This document shows, piece after piece, positions 12,301-23,870 of a stretch of 64,000 nt of DNA. The position numbers were made by a program, and so were the translations under genes. Under the pieces are notes generated by a model. The model worked only from the letters and a program-made list of their open reading frames with translations, had not been told where the DNA came from and did no database searches. The first letter of the stretch is position 1. Each line of letters opens with the position of its first letter. This DNA is from Tubiluchus corallicola (lineage: Eukaryota; Animalia; Priapulida). The stretch covers positions 1,488,001-1,552,000 of the forward strand of contig JAQGDQ010000002.1 in NCBI GenBank assembly GCA_030141605.1, read 5' to 3'.

Positions 12301-15300
12301 TACTATATATTTCCAGAAATACAATTTTGACAAGCATGTGCTCAAAAACTGGTATTCTGTTCTCTTCACATCTGTGCTTTTAGATGCTAGTCCATTTCCA
12401 ACTGATCCTTGGGAATTTGTTCCTTGGGATAATAAAACATGATCATCGTCTACTCTTGTGTCAGCAGATGTTTAGAGTGGCACCTCTTACCCTCCTGATA
12501 CCTTCCACGAATTACCTTTGTTCTCAGAACCCGAGCCACCTGTTTATGAAACTGACAATCTGTCACGTGTTACAGTTACATTGCAGTTACCCAAAAAAGA
12601 GGCTTTCCACACCACTAATTTTTCCAGAGCCCACTCATTCTCCCAGTCTTTCCACTGGAACTTTGTCTAACTTCCTCTTTAATAGTGCATTCTTGATTTG
12701 CAAACATTCTCAAAAATGTTTTTAAAATTTCTTTAATTAAATTTTTTCGGTTTTATGGTGATTCAGAAATGCAGTTTTGACAAGCATGTGCTTAAAAACA
12801 GGTACTCTGTTTTTGCTGTAGATGTTCTGGTGTTGTTGATACATTGAGTGTTGTAGCTAACATTCTTGTTGTATGTTTTTTTGTGATACTAATGTGTTTT
12901 AAATGTTGTAAAGCTTTGACTTAACTATTTTACATTTTATAACTACTGGTTTGATGATCTTTTTGTAGTTATCGAAACCGAAGAGCTGCCAAAGGCAGAT
13001 GACCCTTGGCAATCTCACTTAATAGACAACGTTCTGTATGAGAGTACAATGCCTACACCACAAGATGCAGCTTGGTTGCCTTTTCATGGGACTCCAGTTT
13101 CTGTGCCAGTAGATGAGCCCGATGTTGCTTGGCAACCATTTCTGCCATCATCTATACAGCCAGAATCACCGAAAGATGAACAAGATAAGCTTGCACAGTC
13201 TTTAGAATCGCAACAGTCATCACCAGATTTACCTGATCAAGAAAGTGCTGCAGTAGAAGCGACTGCACTTCCAGTGCATGAGCAGACAGCCAGCATATCA
13301 CTGGATGTGGTAAGTACATCAACTGACATAGCTAAAAACCAGGTAATTTGCTTTAATTGCATATATTTGAGAGAATGTGTGATAAACATTTGGCTACTGT
13401 CTGAGCTTGCGCATTTCAGTGGAAAGAATAAACATCTTAAAGCAGGTTCGTTTTTCAATATTTGCTTTCATCAGTTCGTCGTTAATGAAAATCTGTTTTT
13501 GTCCATAACTCAATTACAGATCTGACTGTCAGTAATTGAAAATTATCTTTATACATCTAATAGGCTGTGTGACAGCTTACTGTGTTTTATCGGGATACAG
13601 AAACAAACAACACAGTGAAATATTTGGCCGTATCATTCTGGTCAATCATCACAGTAATCAGAGTTGACAGTACAATTCCTTGTCATGTTCTTTTAATAAC
13701 TATATTTTCTCTAATTGATTTGTTCTGCATCACTGTGATTTTTAAGTAGGCATAGACAGTTTTCATCAAAACTTACAATGCAGCATTCACTGGGAGAACC
13801 TATCAAATGTGATGTGTGGCTGGAGTTTGACTAATTGTCAAAGATAATTTTTTAAGATGAGGCACTGAACTGGCAGATGTGTTTTAGCCACCTTCAATGT
13901 GTACACAACTTTACACTGCAAGGTAAACAACAAGAATCAGTATCTCAAATGAATCCGTCCAAAGCAAGTATCAAACCTAGGCGGTCACAATCCATTCACA
14001 GGAAGCATATGCACAAGTTAATTTAATCACAAGCCCCAGTACAAAAAGACAACTATGAGCTAAAAGAAAAACAAAGGAAGTTTGAATTTTAACGACTATT
14101 AACATTACGTACTTTGTTTGTCTATAAAACATCATTATCCTGTAATACAATATTATGTTGTGTAAAATTGGTTAGTTTTGATTTAAATGCATATTGCCAC
14201 TTGTTCAATTCTTTAGGCTTCAGTGAGTGTCTCTGGTGACAAACAACCTGATAAATCTTCCAGTGAAAGAGAAGAGCCATTGTCTTCACAGCCATTGGAT
14301 GCTCAACTTTCACCTCATTCGCTCGTTGTTGTTGCACCGACGTATGTTGTAAATGAAGAGACAGCCAGTGCAGCAATAACCCTGGTTAGTTCAAATTTAT
14401 AATAAGTCCACTTTCGTTATTTAATGTATCTTTATTATGAATAACAATCATCCTAGCTAGTAGTCTGTCTGAGAAAGATGGTAAAAAATGTAAATCAAGT
14501 CACAATTTGAATTTAAGACCTGTGCTTGAACATGTTCTGCTAACTGAGTTACCTGGCTGCTTGATAAAAGTAATGTTAGTAATTAGTTTAACTATAATTA
14601 ACTCCTTATTAATTCTACCTTCTTTTTTATACTAATCCCTCAAAATAGGTTGAAGAACTAATAGTTAGGCAATTACCTGGTTCGGTGTGCTAACAGAATA
14701 AATAATCGAATTTATTTCAAAAATAACAATTAACTTAAAAGCTGATTTATTAAAGAGGGCTTTGGAAAAATTGAATCAATTATCCAATAATCGAAGGCAG
14801 AATCCATTATCTTCTGTATAAGAATTTAGATCTGTATCAAGTAAGCTAAGTACATGTGAGTGTGACACATCAAAATCAAAGGTTCAAATCCCGACTTGAT
14901 TCAGTTTTTCACTGCTTCTACTTTTTTTAACAAACATGTTAATTATAATTTCTCATATGAATGATTGAACCTCAGATTCAGGGTTGCAAATAGTTAAGAT
15001 CAATGATGATTGTGTTGTGGTACTTTATTTCCTACCTTAGCTTCTTTGGCAGGTTACGAAAAGTTACATTTTAGAGTAAAATTTTATCTCCGAGAAGGTT
15101 TCTGTACATTTTGACCACCAGCTCTATGAATTGGCTAATAAAACTTTTTATGTCATTTAGAGACCTCCCTTAACTGCTCAGCAAGAGTACGGAGTGCCGG
15201 GAGCAGAAGCATCCACACAGAAGGCTGCCACTTTACCTGCTATGAGCTCATCTACTTATGCAGAAGAAAAAGAAAGAATTGCCACATTGATGTCTGTGGA

Positions 15301-15520
15301 TGGTAACTCTCACAAGGAGAAAAAGAAATCTGGTGGTCTTAGTTGGTTTAAAATACACAAAAAAGACAAAGACAAGAAAGAAGAAAAACACCATAAACAT
15401 GAGAAGGACAAAAAAGAAAAAGAAGATAAACACAAGAAGAAAGAAGGAAAGAGTAAAGACAAAGAAAAAGATGGAAAACATAAAAAAGACAAAGATAAAT
15501 CCAAAGGAAAGGAAAAATAG
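326..15520 (+). CDS. SPTBN5: Beta-heavy spectrin (karst/SMA-1/SPTBN5-like), 3' part; 5' end lies outside the window
   Basis: GT-AG exons with consistent phases: 326-457, 583-739, 1133-1225, 2359-2571, 3604-3814, 4371-4486, 5703-5905, 7622-7764, 8579-8794, 9051-9141, 10268-10419, 10853-11206, 12969-13309 (or 13342), 14217-14384, 15161-15520 (TAG). Terminal spectrin repeats (AWINQMM..ELPQDVIGAELLINKHKEHRVEID; IFKRDADHFESWM..AEELLRKHEDFEKT), the karst-type RRTPSFSTRK motif, and a PH domain (LPPVTLQGPLERKHEL..IRSWKQFHVVLC..ASDYKKRPNVFRL..EYLFQA..MIEWIQTI). Post-PH exons are less certain than the spectrin/PH exons. Confidence 0.88.
1378..2016. mobile_element. Tc1/pogo (Tigger-like) non-autonomous element/MITE in spectrin intron
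   Basis: Left end TATAGTAAGTCCTTGCTTAACAA (1378-1400); right end TTGTTAAGCAAAGACTTATGTA (1995-2016) is its imperfect reverse complement, TA at both outer edges. A related end, TTAAGCAGGGACTTACTGTG, occurs near 36546-36565. Confidence 0.6.
5305..5435. repeat. (GAT/AAT/GAC)-rich low-complexity trinucleotide tract, intronic
   Basis: gatgattacaatgatgacgatgatgacattgatggtaatgacgacaac... Confidence 0.6.
9481..9900 (-). mobile_element. L2/CR1-type LINE 3' fragment (end of RT ORF), decayed
   Basis: Minus-strand translation gives QNLAA, LHWLPI, YKLLVLTYIILHGLSPAYLSDRL and FKKHLKTHLF, the typical C-terminus of L2/CR1 ORF2, with frameshifts and stops. Confidence 0.75.
12142..12236. repeat. 41-bp inverted repeat (hairpin, 13-nt loop)
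   Basis: TTAAAAACATTTTTGAGAATATTTGTAAATCAAGAATGCAC (12142-12182) pairs with GTGTATTCTTGATTTGCAAACATTCTCAAAAATGTTTTTAA (12196-12236), 3 mismatches. Confidence 0.9.
12358..12670 (+). pseudogene. Duplicated, degenerate copy of spectrin exon 10853-11140 (pseudo-exon)
   Basis: Near-identical to 10828-11140 including the polypyrimidine tract and AG. In the exon frame it has TGA at 12440-12442 and a later TAG, and it stops before the donor site. Confidence 0.9.
14820..14910 (+). mobile_element. tRNA-derived SINE-like remnant
   Basis: B-box GGTTCAAATCCCG at 14881-14893; no intact cloverleaf. Confidence 0.3.
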
Positions 15521-15722
15521 TAGTTGAAATGTATAGGTTACGTCCAAAATCATGTTATTTTTTCAACAGGCTACTTCTCTAGTTTTACAAGTACATTTAT
15601 AATTACCAATGTTATGTGTTGATCAAATAATTAAAATTTATAGTTTTTAATAGTGCTAAAAAGTGCATATATTTAAATTGCTAGCACACCTGTGAAAATA
15701 TTTTTAGATTGTATATATATAC

Positions 15723-15728
15723 AATAAA
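15723..15728 (+). promoter_or_regulatory. Candidate polyadenylation signal of the spectrin gene
   Basis: AATAAA about 200 nt after the stop, followed by a GT/T-rich tract (gtgatagtgtgtttcattttcc). Confidence 0.4.
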
Positions 15729-18685
15729 TTCCAATGTGATAGTGTGTTTCATTTTCCTTCAGAAGATAATATCATTTTAATTGAGTTTAGCTTGCATCAA
15801 ATAACACAAAATTTAAACTTTTCGTATATTTAAAGGCAACTTTTTAGAAAGTCCTGTTTGTTACAGCAAATAACCAGTAATAACAGTAATATTATTGCTC
15901 CTTTTGTCCAAATTTCATAGCTCAAGTGTAAGTTTCATTCCAAATTGCACTTTAAGTTTAATCCTAATGGTGCTTGTGCTGGTTTTTAAAACTTATTCAA
16001 TTTTTGATCCACTTGATAAATTTCATTGTCTGATTATAGAGGATTTGTGGCACTGTTTGCATGCTCACAAGTGCCACTTTTAATAATGAAATTGCTGTTA
16101 TTTTTTTAATGCAGAATGAGTTTCACTCATTCATATTCTGGTCTTAGTGCATAGATTGCTTGGCATGCATGTCAGCAATTTTCCAAGTGTTGTCTTACGT
16201 AGATATAGTCAGGCTTATCAAAGCAGACCAAAGATGAGTAGCTGTGATAATCCCAACATTTTTATGTAAAAATTGTTGGTTTAGTTTTTTAACCTTTACG
16301 TAATTTAAATTTTGTTGCAATTTTAATGTTTTCTTATACAGTATTAAGTTTTTTAACAAAGCAAATATGTTGAAGAATCACATTAGTTTTGGATTTACGA
16401 TCAATGGAAAGAGTCACAATTCTACAAAACTCACATTTACAACAAAAACATAATGCAAATTCACATCATCATTTCACTGTTTAACAAATTTTATATTTTC
16501 CAACTAAAATAAGTCAAAAACTGAGACATAAGTTACACCGCATCATTATTAATAATTATAGGTATAATATTCTTTTATCATTCACATCAGAAACTTTGCA
16601 TTTTAATTCATTATGTTTCAATTGAAACAAAGAGACAACAAATATTCAAGCAATAGGCACATTTTTGCTGATTGCACAATACACACAGCCACAAAAGGCC
16701 GCTGACATTTACTAAGCATTTCCATATACTTGTTTTGCTTTGAATGCAGTGCTCCACTACAATGCTATCTGATGTACAAACACACAATGCAGAGCGACAA
16801 TTCTCTTATTTAAATTACGAATTTAATTTAGACATGCCTTTTTTATAGTTTCAGTATCTCCAGAAGAATCAAATTTATGCCCCTTCAGTGCTAAACTAAT
16901 GTATGTGAAACTGCTACAATTTATTTTGCAATCGCAACTTTAATCACAGCTACCAGCAAATACCTAAAAACCTAATGTTTTTTATTTTGAGCACCGTATT
17001 AGTGAACTAGAAGAAGTTCCTTACTTAGGTCTAGTATGCTAATTACTAGCTGTTAATTAGTTCCATATATGGGTAGACAGTTCACTTATTCACAAAGAAT
17101 AATTTTTCAGTTGAAAACAGTAAGCTAACGAACAAATCGGTTTGCTTCATAAAATACATTAATTTACAACATGAGCCAGAATCAGAGTATTTTGCTGAGT
17201 GTCATATTTGAAATTTAAGCTTTCAAAACATCTTCTCATGACAAAAATGTGAGAAAAATAATAGCACAAAAACAGTGATGCTTGAAATTTGTAATTATAG
17301 ACCACTATACGTGGACTGCCATGTACTAATAACAGCTTTTCAATACTGCACAATTACATTTAATAATTGGTTACAGTATGGCATGATGCAGAACTATAGA
17401 CTTTTCATACAAATTCCATGCCAGCAAAATTTTTCTTAGGATTTACACAGACTGTCAGTGAGAAATTAAACCGTGCATAATATTATATCACTGCTATCAA
17501 AACAAGGCAACCCAAAAATGTTATACTAAATAAAATCGACTTATAATAAATAAATTGTAGACAAGCTTCTGAAATATAATGGTTTTATGTTAAAATTAAG
17601 CATATAATAGGATTCACAAGGTACGTTATTATGAATATTTGCAGCAATGCTTACATTTAAATACACAAACGTAATACTATGTATTTAATATTTTTATAAA
17701 CACAACAAAAACAAAACAATAGTATTCCATTAATATTAACTAAAAATTACATTGCACCAGTTTGATATATGCTTCGATCTGCTATTTAGTTGTAAAACAA
17801 TGCCAGACAACGAATACATAACAAAACAGAAATAACTACTCAGTTTTATGAAAAATATTTTAAATTAAAAACTTAACAGTCACTAAATCATTAAATTAAA
17901 AACTATGCAAACTATTTAAACTAATATTGCTTACAAAAATTGTAGATAAAGAATAAAATGAACGACATCCTATAGTACGAACAGACTGTTTCAGAAGAAG
18001 AGTTACTAATATGTGCGTGATTTTAAAGTTATAACATGTTTATGCAGGTGCAAGTGAAATCATATGAATAATTATTAAGTTAAAGAGATCAACAAGCAAT
18101 CTTTCAAAACAACATTTGAGGAAATGATGAATTTACAATTTTTGCAGAAGAACAAAACAGCATTACGACTACACAAAAGTTCATTTTCATTTGTTCATTA
18201 ATCACACACAGTAAGAAATTTGTCTGATCCAAATTGCCTCGGCCAAAATTTTTCCGCACGTGTGACTTTTGGGTGAAGAAGCAAACTTTTTGATGGGTAA
18301 AACCTTAGCAAATAATTATTAGATAACAAATGAATAAAATCATTGTTTTTTATTAGTCTGATCTGGTTTTAACCGAAACAGACTTTTGTTCACAGCCTGT
18401 GGACGAAGAAATATCTATTTCACACAAGCTGTTACAGACATCGTGCACATCCTGCGTTACATTACATCAACTACAGTTTGTAATAATCTCACAAGAAAGA
18501 GTTGGTGTTTTGTTATTAATTTCATACATAAATTATGCCCAGTTTATGAAGAATATGCAATACAATATTTTAGCAGCTAATAGTACAACCACACATATTA
18601 GCATTGAAACAGTTATGAGAGTTCAACAAGTCTCAGCAATTGCATATCACTGAGCTCAACAATATGCGCATTTTTCTAAATTAAG

Positions 18686-21600
18686 TTATTCATCTGCAGT
18701 GAAACCTCGTTTAGAAGGAGGTACAAGATGTTCTGGAAGAGCGTTGGGTAAAGGAAAGTCATCAAGACGGATTTTAATTAAATGATTAGCTAACGCCCAT
18801 TCATCCTCATCCAGCATTCCATCCTTGTCCACATCAGCCAATTTCCATATCTTTCCCAGGACAGAGTTTGGCAGTTTAGATTTGACCATCTCCATTTTTG
18901 CCGAAGCACCGGTGATCTTACCATTAATGGGATTGAGCGTATAGAACACTTCATCATACTTGGATTTATCTTTTGCAACAATCCAGTCAGAGTCATCACG
19001 GCCTTCATCCACGCCTTCTCCGCTTCCAACCAAAAATGGAGTGTGCTCTGCACCACCCATAGCACCCGCATTGATAGGAAGTTCATTCATTTCAGTGTCG
19101 CCAAGGGCATCTTCTTTCGGTATCATAGCCATCAGTTGTGCGATGTCCACTGCCAGCATGTTATCCACTGATTCCAGAAGCTTTGGCTTCAGACTGTGGA
19201 AGCGAGAGAAATCCATCTCCCTTAGCTGTTCTCTCATTTTTGTTATATCAGGAAAATCCCCATGTGATATTTGATACTCTCGCTGAATCTAAATGGAAAA
19301 AGTGGTTTTCTTGAAAAAGTTATTAATTTACGATAATTATTAAGTGGTTTATTTATTAAAATAAATTTATTTACAGTAGTAATTTGTGAAAATTAAAATC
19401 AACTACTAAAGCATTGCAAAGCACCAAAACATTTTCTTCCCAACTAATTATGCCAACACGACCTCCCATTGCTGCTGAAAAAAGCAAAACTTATGTGAGC
19501 CACAGGTGGGATATGTATAGCTATTAGCCTAAAATGTGTAGAAGGTAGACACTAAAACAGGCAACTAATACTTCAGGAATTATTGGTATTTCAAGAATGC
19601 CTTTGGAGTAAATACAAGTGAAAGACAAACCTATTTAACCTACAATGACAATGAGATTAGTATCTCGAAGCTAGCAAGTCGGAAGAGCTAGTTTACTCAC
19701 ATTAAAGAAAACAACTTTCAAGCAAATCACACGAGAAGGGAACCAGGCACTATAGTGAGGCATTTCTATAACATTTTTATTTATCAATCATGTTCAAAAT
19801 GTCTGACTATAGTTTACAATATTCTGTTGCATTAATGCTAAATATCTAAGACCATCAAACAAAAAATGCAAACAATATTAATAAACATCAAATGCGAAAA
19901 TGGCTTGAGAATACCTGTTTGAACTATGTTTTAATAGGATTTTCTTTTACGAAGTTTGAATAGCTTTTGCTTTGCCATTAATTCACATTATGAGAATATG
20001 ATACAAATTTACTTGAAGATTATCATGCGTACTTTGTACTTTTGTACAAATGCTTTCATACAACTATATATCCCATACTTGCTATGCACACATGGAATGA
20101 CAGGTATTTCAGGAATGACATGAACACAAAATGAAGTAAACTAATTAACTACTGATCAGAATTTACATTGTAGGAGTGCTCAGTTTTAGCAAAACAATAT
20201 ATGTATCACAAGAGTACCATAAATATTTGCTTTATTTTGGTTTGACAGAGCGCTTACTGGTAGTTGCTTACTTTGCAAATAAACATGTTCTGCCACTATC
20301 AAAGTTTACTGTCCTTTTATAGTGTTCAGACTTCAGAGTTACTAGTATTACTGTAGAACTGCAGAAATGTTGTGTAAGAGAAGTCAATAACTAAAGTGGA
20401 AATTGATTCACCATCATAAATTGCTGAACGACAGTTGTAAACACAGCCTCAATGCTAGATGACATCTTAGAATGTTCATGCAATTATGATATTTTTGTTC
20501 AGATTGGCAGTTAAGTAGGTGCAAAGATTATATACCTGAGCATAAATTGCATCCAGGCCTTTAATCAAGTCTTTCTTCTTATTATCTTTTCCAAACATTG
20601 ACGGCATTTGGCTTTTTAGTGAGCTAATTATATATGCATGTACCTGTGAAAACAAAAGCTATGAATAAATTTATTTATATGCATAGTTACAATAAGCTTT
20701 ATGCACGCAAACTTTTAGGAAACTAATACTTAGGGCGTGGCCCAAAAAACACACTGTAGAGACACACTGTACATTGCGCAAAACATAAAGTTCATAAACA
20801 CGTATATAACTGGGTATTACATGTATGCTGCTGAAATCAAAACCATTTAGAAGCAGTCACAAATTTATGTAAAACAACTGCTGAAATTTAAGTTTTAAAA
20901 AGATTAATACATTTTGAGCATCCTTGATTAAGCTACCATACTAGCAATGGTGCCGACAGAAACTTGCATTTAAATGTGCTCAAAGTATGTAGAATCACTA
21001 GAATATAGTGTGAAAAGCACATACATATGGCAAACACACACACACATGGGTTGAGTTACCAGCAGGAAAAATTTGTCCAAAGCTGTACAAATCTCAAATT
21101 CTGTTAATTCTCAGGCCACCGACTTGGGAAGTGCCCGACTTACAGCAGAATCTTCTTCACTTGTAAACTCTCAGTTTTTATTTTCATTGTTTCTTTGTGC
21201 CTTTTTGTTTCTCTTTGTGTTTAGTAACTCACACATGCACAGGCTAAGGTCACGAAATTCACAGGACACACTCTCCATGCAAAAGGATTTATGTTTATAT
21301 GTGACCCTTCGCACTCAGGTCAAAGGCTGGATCGTTAGACTGGATCAGTTGTTGACTACCGTTTTTGAGCTAGGGCCACAATTTTTGGTATGTGGCTAGG
21401 TGGAGAGGAGGTCTTGTGCACGGCTTAATATGAACCATTCATACACCCAGATTGTTGACCCTTGATTCCAGCAAGGGCGAGCAAAAAGCAAAAACTGGAC
21501 GCGCTGGAGAGGCAAATGCTTGCAATTTCGTACAACATTAGTTTGTAATCAATCAAATGAAAGGTTTTCATGAAAGAAATCGAATTGTATCAGTTACGTC

Positions 21601-23824
21601 CAAATTGAATGGCCCCTGACCATGCTAAAAGGTGAAAACCGAATTTAGGGAGTTTGGGAAACAAATATTTCCAGTGTTAAGCAACAGTAGGTTATAGTAA
21701 AAGTAGTAGTTCAGTCCGATTGATCAGAAGACGAATTGGATGCAAGTCAGACCCGTATATTAACGTGCTTTGCCCTACGTATAAGATATTGTGTGTATAT
21801 GCAATAAGTCTGTACCTACATATGAATATATCGAAATAGATAGTACTTTAAAGTTAATTAGTTTAAAAAATAGGAGGTATGAGTTACAGTTACTTTTGTA
21901 TTTTGTATAATTAACTAATTTTTTTGTGCTTAGGTTACAAAGTTGAACAGTCGTAAGTTGCATAGGTCTAAGTCGACCACTACCTCAAATGAAAGGTCTC
22001 GATGAGACGAACTGAATGGTGCATACTGACCTGCGTGTTACTGATCAAAAAGTGGCCAGTTTCGATTTCATTAAAATTATTAATGCCAAGCACAATTCAC
22101 GTTAAATATTTTTAAAAACATTTTTATTTGTAAATACGAAACAAATGACATCACTTAAAGCATCTCTTGTTACAGATGCATGATCTACCACAGTTTTTGA
22201 CAGAGTCAAAAACATTCACTAGTCTTTTTTGCTGATGAAATGCAGGTCACTTGAAAAATGTTTACTTAAACACCGCTAATGTTTTGCATTAATGCATTTA
22301 ATGCATTTTAATTTTTTTGTAAGTATTCATATCAGTAGAAAGTCATTCCACAGGAGTTAAATATTAATTTTGCCTGCAGTTCACAAACTTCTTAAAAATT
22401 ACTACAAAAAGTTGACAGTTTTCCAGCTCACACTAACTAGTTTATTGCTAAAAATGCAAAAGGGCTTTACTAAGCTACCAATAATCTCACACAAATAAAA
22501 TTCAACATACCTTAGCTAACCTGGCACGTTTAATCAAGTCATTTAACTTCCTTAATGCTGTGTTCCTCGGAAGTGTCTGCAGATCGCGAAAAAGGTCTTG
22601 ATGCTCTGCTTCGAACAATCGTCTGTTCATATCATAATGCAAAGGCTGATCCCAGAACGAACCAACATACACTCTAGTGACCTCCGGTGTCTGTAATATT
22701 TTACCCAAGGACCACATTAGTGCACCATAGACTCGCATTAGCTGCTGATGGTCGACACGATCAGCTTTATTTAGAACTATGCGAATTTTCTCATCGTGGC
22801 CTTTTAGTGCCTCTATGCTGCGCCGAAATTCATCAGAAATGTCTAGCTTGTGGGCATCAAATAGAAGAATTATTCGGTCCACTCTTTCTGCAAACCATTC
22901 CAGCACTCCTGTAAAATCATATCCTCTGTCAACACGGTGCTTCTCTCCAGACAGAATTCCCGGTGTATCCACAAGAGATATTGATTTCAGCACAGCATTG
23001 TCAAATGTTGAACACTGAAATTTGTTCAGGAAAGCATTGCCAAATTTGGACAGATGTCGGAATTGCTTTTTCGTATCCACGACGAGTGCATTACCTGGTA
23101 TTTGATTTTCTTGTTCTGCGTGCATTAAAACCATGAATCGATCTGTTGTTGGCTCTGGGCCAATGCGCATACCAGGAAAATCAGACTCTAGTAAGTATCT
23201 AAAACAATAACAACATTATAGCATGTCCTAGTTAAACACTCACAGTCATTTTTTGTTTTCAAATGTCTTTTAAAACTATTCTCCAGGTCCTATTTAAAAT
23301 TAAATGTTAGTCATATGGCATTGCTAACAAAAATTTAACACAGTTGCCTGACTATTGCATGGCAGCATTCAAACAACGCCACGGTAAGCCAATTATGGCT
23401 CTTACAGGCAAGTGTTTATTAAAAAGCTATAGGATTCTACTATACAGAAAAGAGCTGTAATTACACAATAACCGCTATAACTGATAACTGCTTACCAGAG
23501 ACTGCTACTATTTTCCTGTCAGTATATAGCATATGCAGCAAATTACATGTAAGTACAGTCTACATAGCCTTTTACACACATTCTACTCACTTTATCCAGA
23601 TGATATTGCTTGTAAACTTTTACCCAGACATGGGTTTACGATTTACGATTTTAGGAGCAGCACCAGTAGTGACAGGTAAAGTAAGTTTTGATAAAGCAAT
23701 TAGCTACATGAAGTATTGAAGAAAATTGATAAAGTTCTAAATTTTTTCATTATGTCAAAGCACATATCAATGCAAGACAGAATGGTGCATTCATTGAAAA
23801 AGTTCTAACTAATATATATATATT

Positions 23825-23870
<46 letters not shown>

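Noticed and set aside
12384-12725. 113-aa ORF similar to ORF 10853-11065 as a small paralogous gene pair
   Set aside because: Both are the off-frame reading of the spectrin exon and its duplicate; splice phases select the other frame.
15248-15553. Phe-rich antisense ORFs resembling membrane proteins
   Set aside because: They are mirror images of the Lys-rich (AAR) last spectrin exon.
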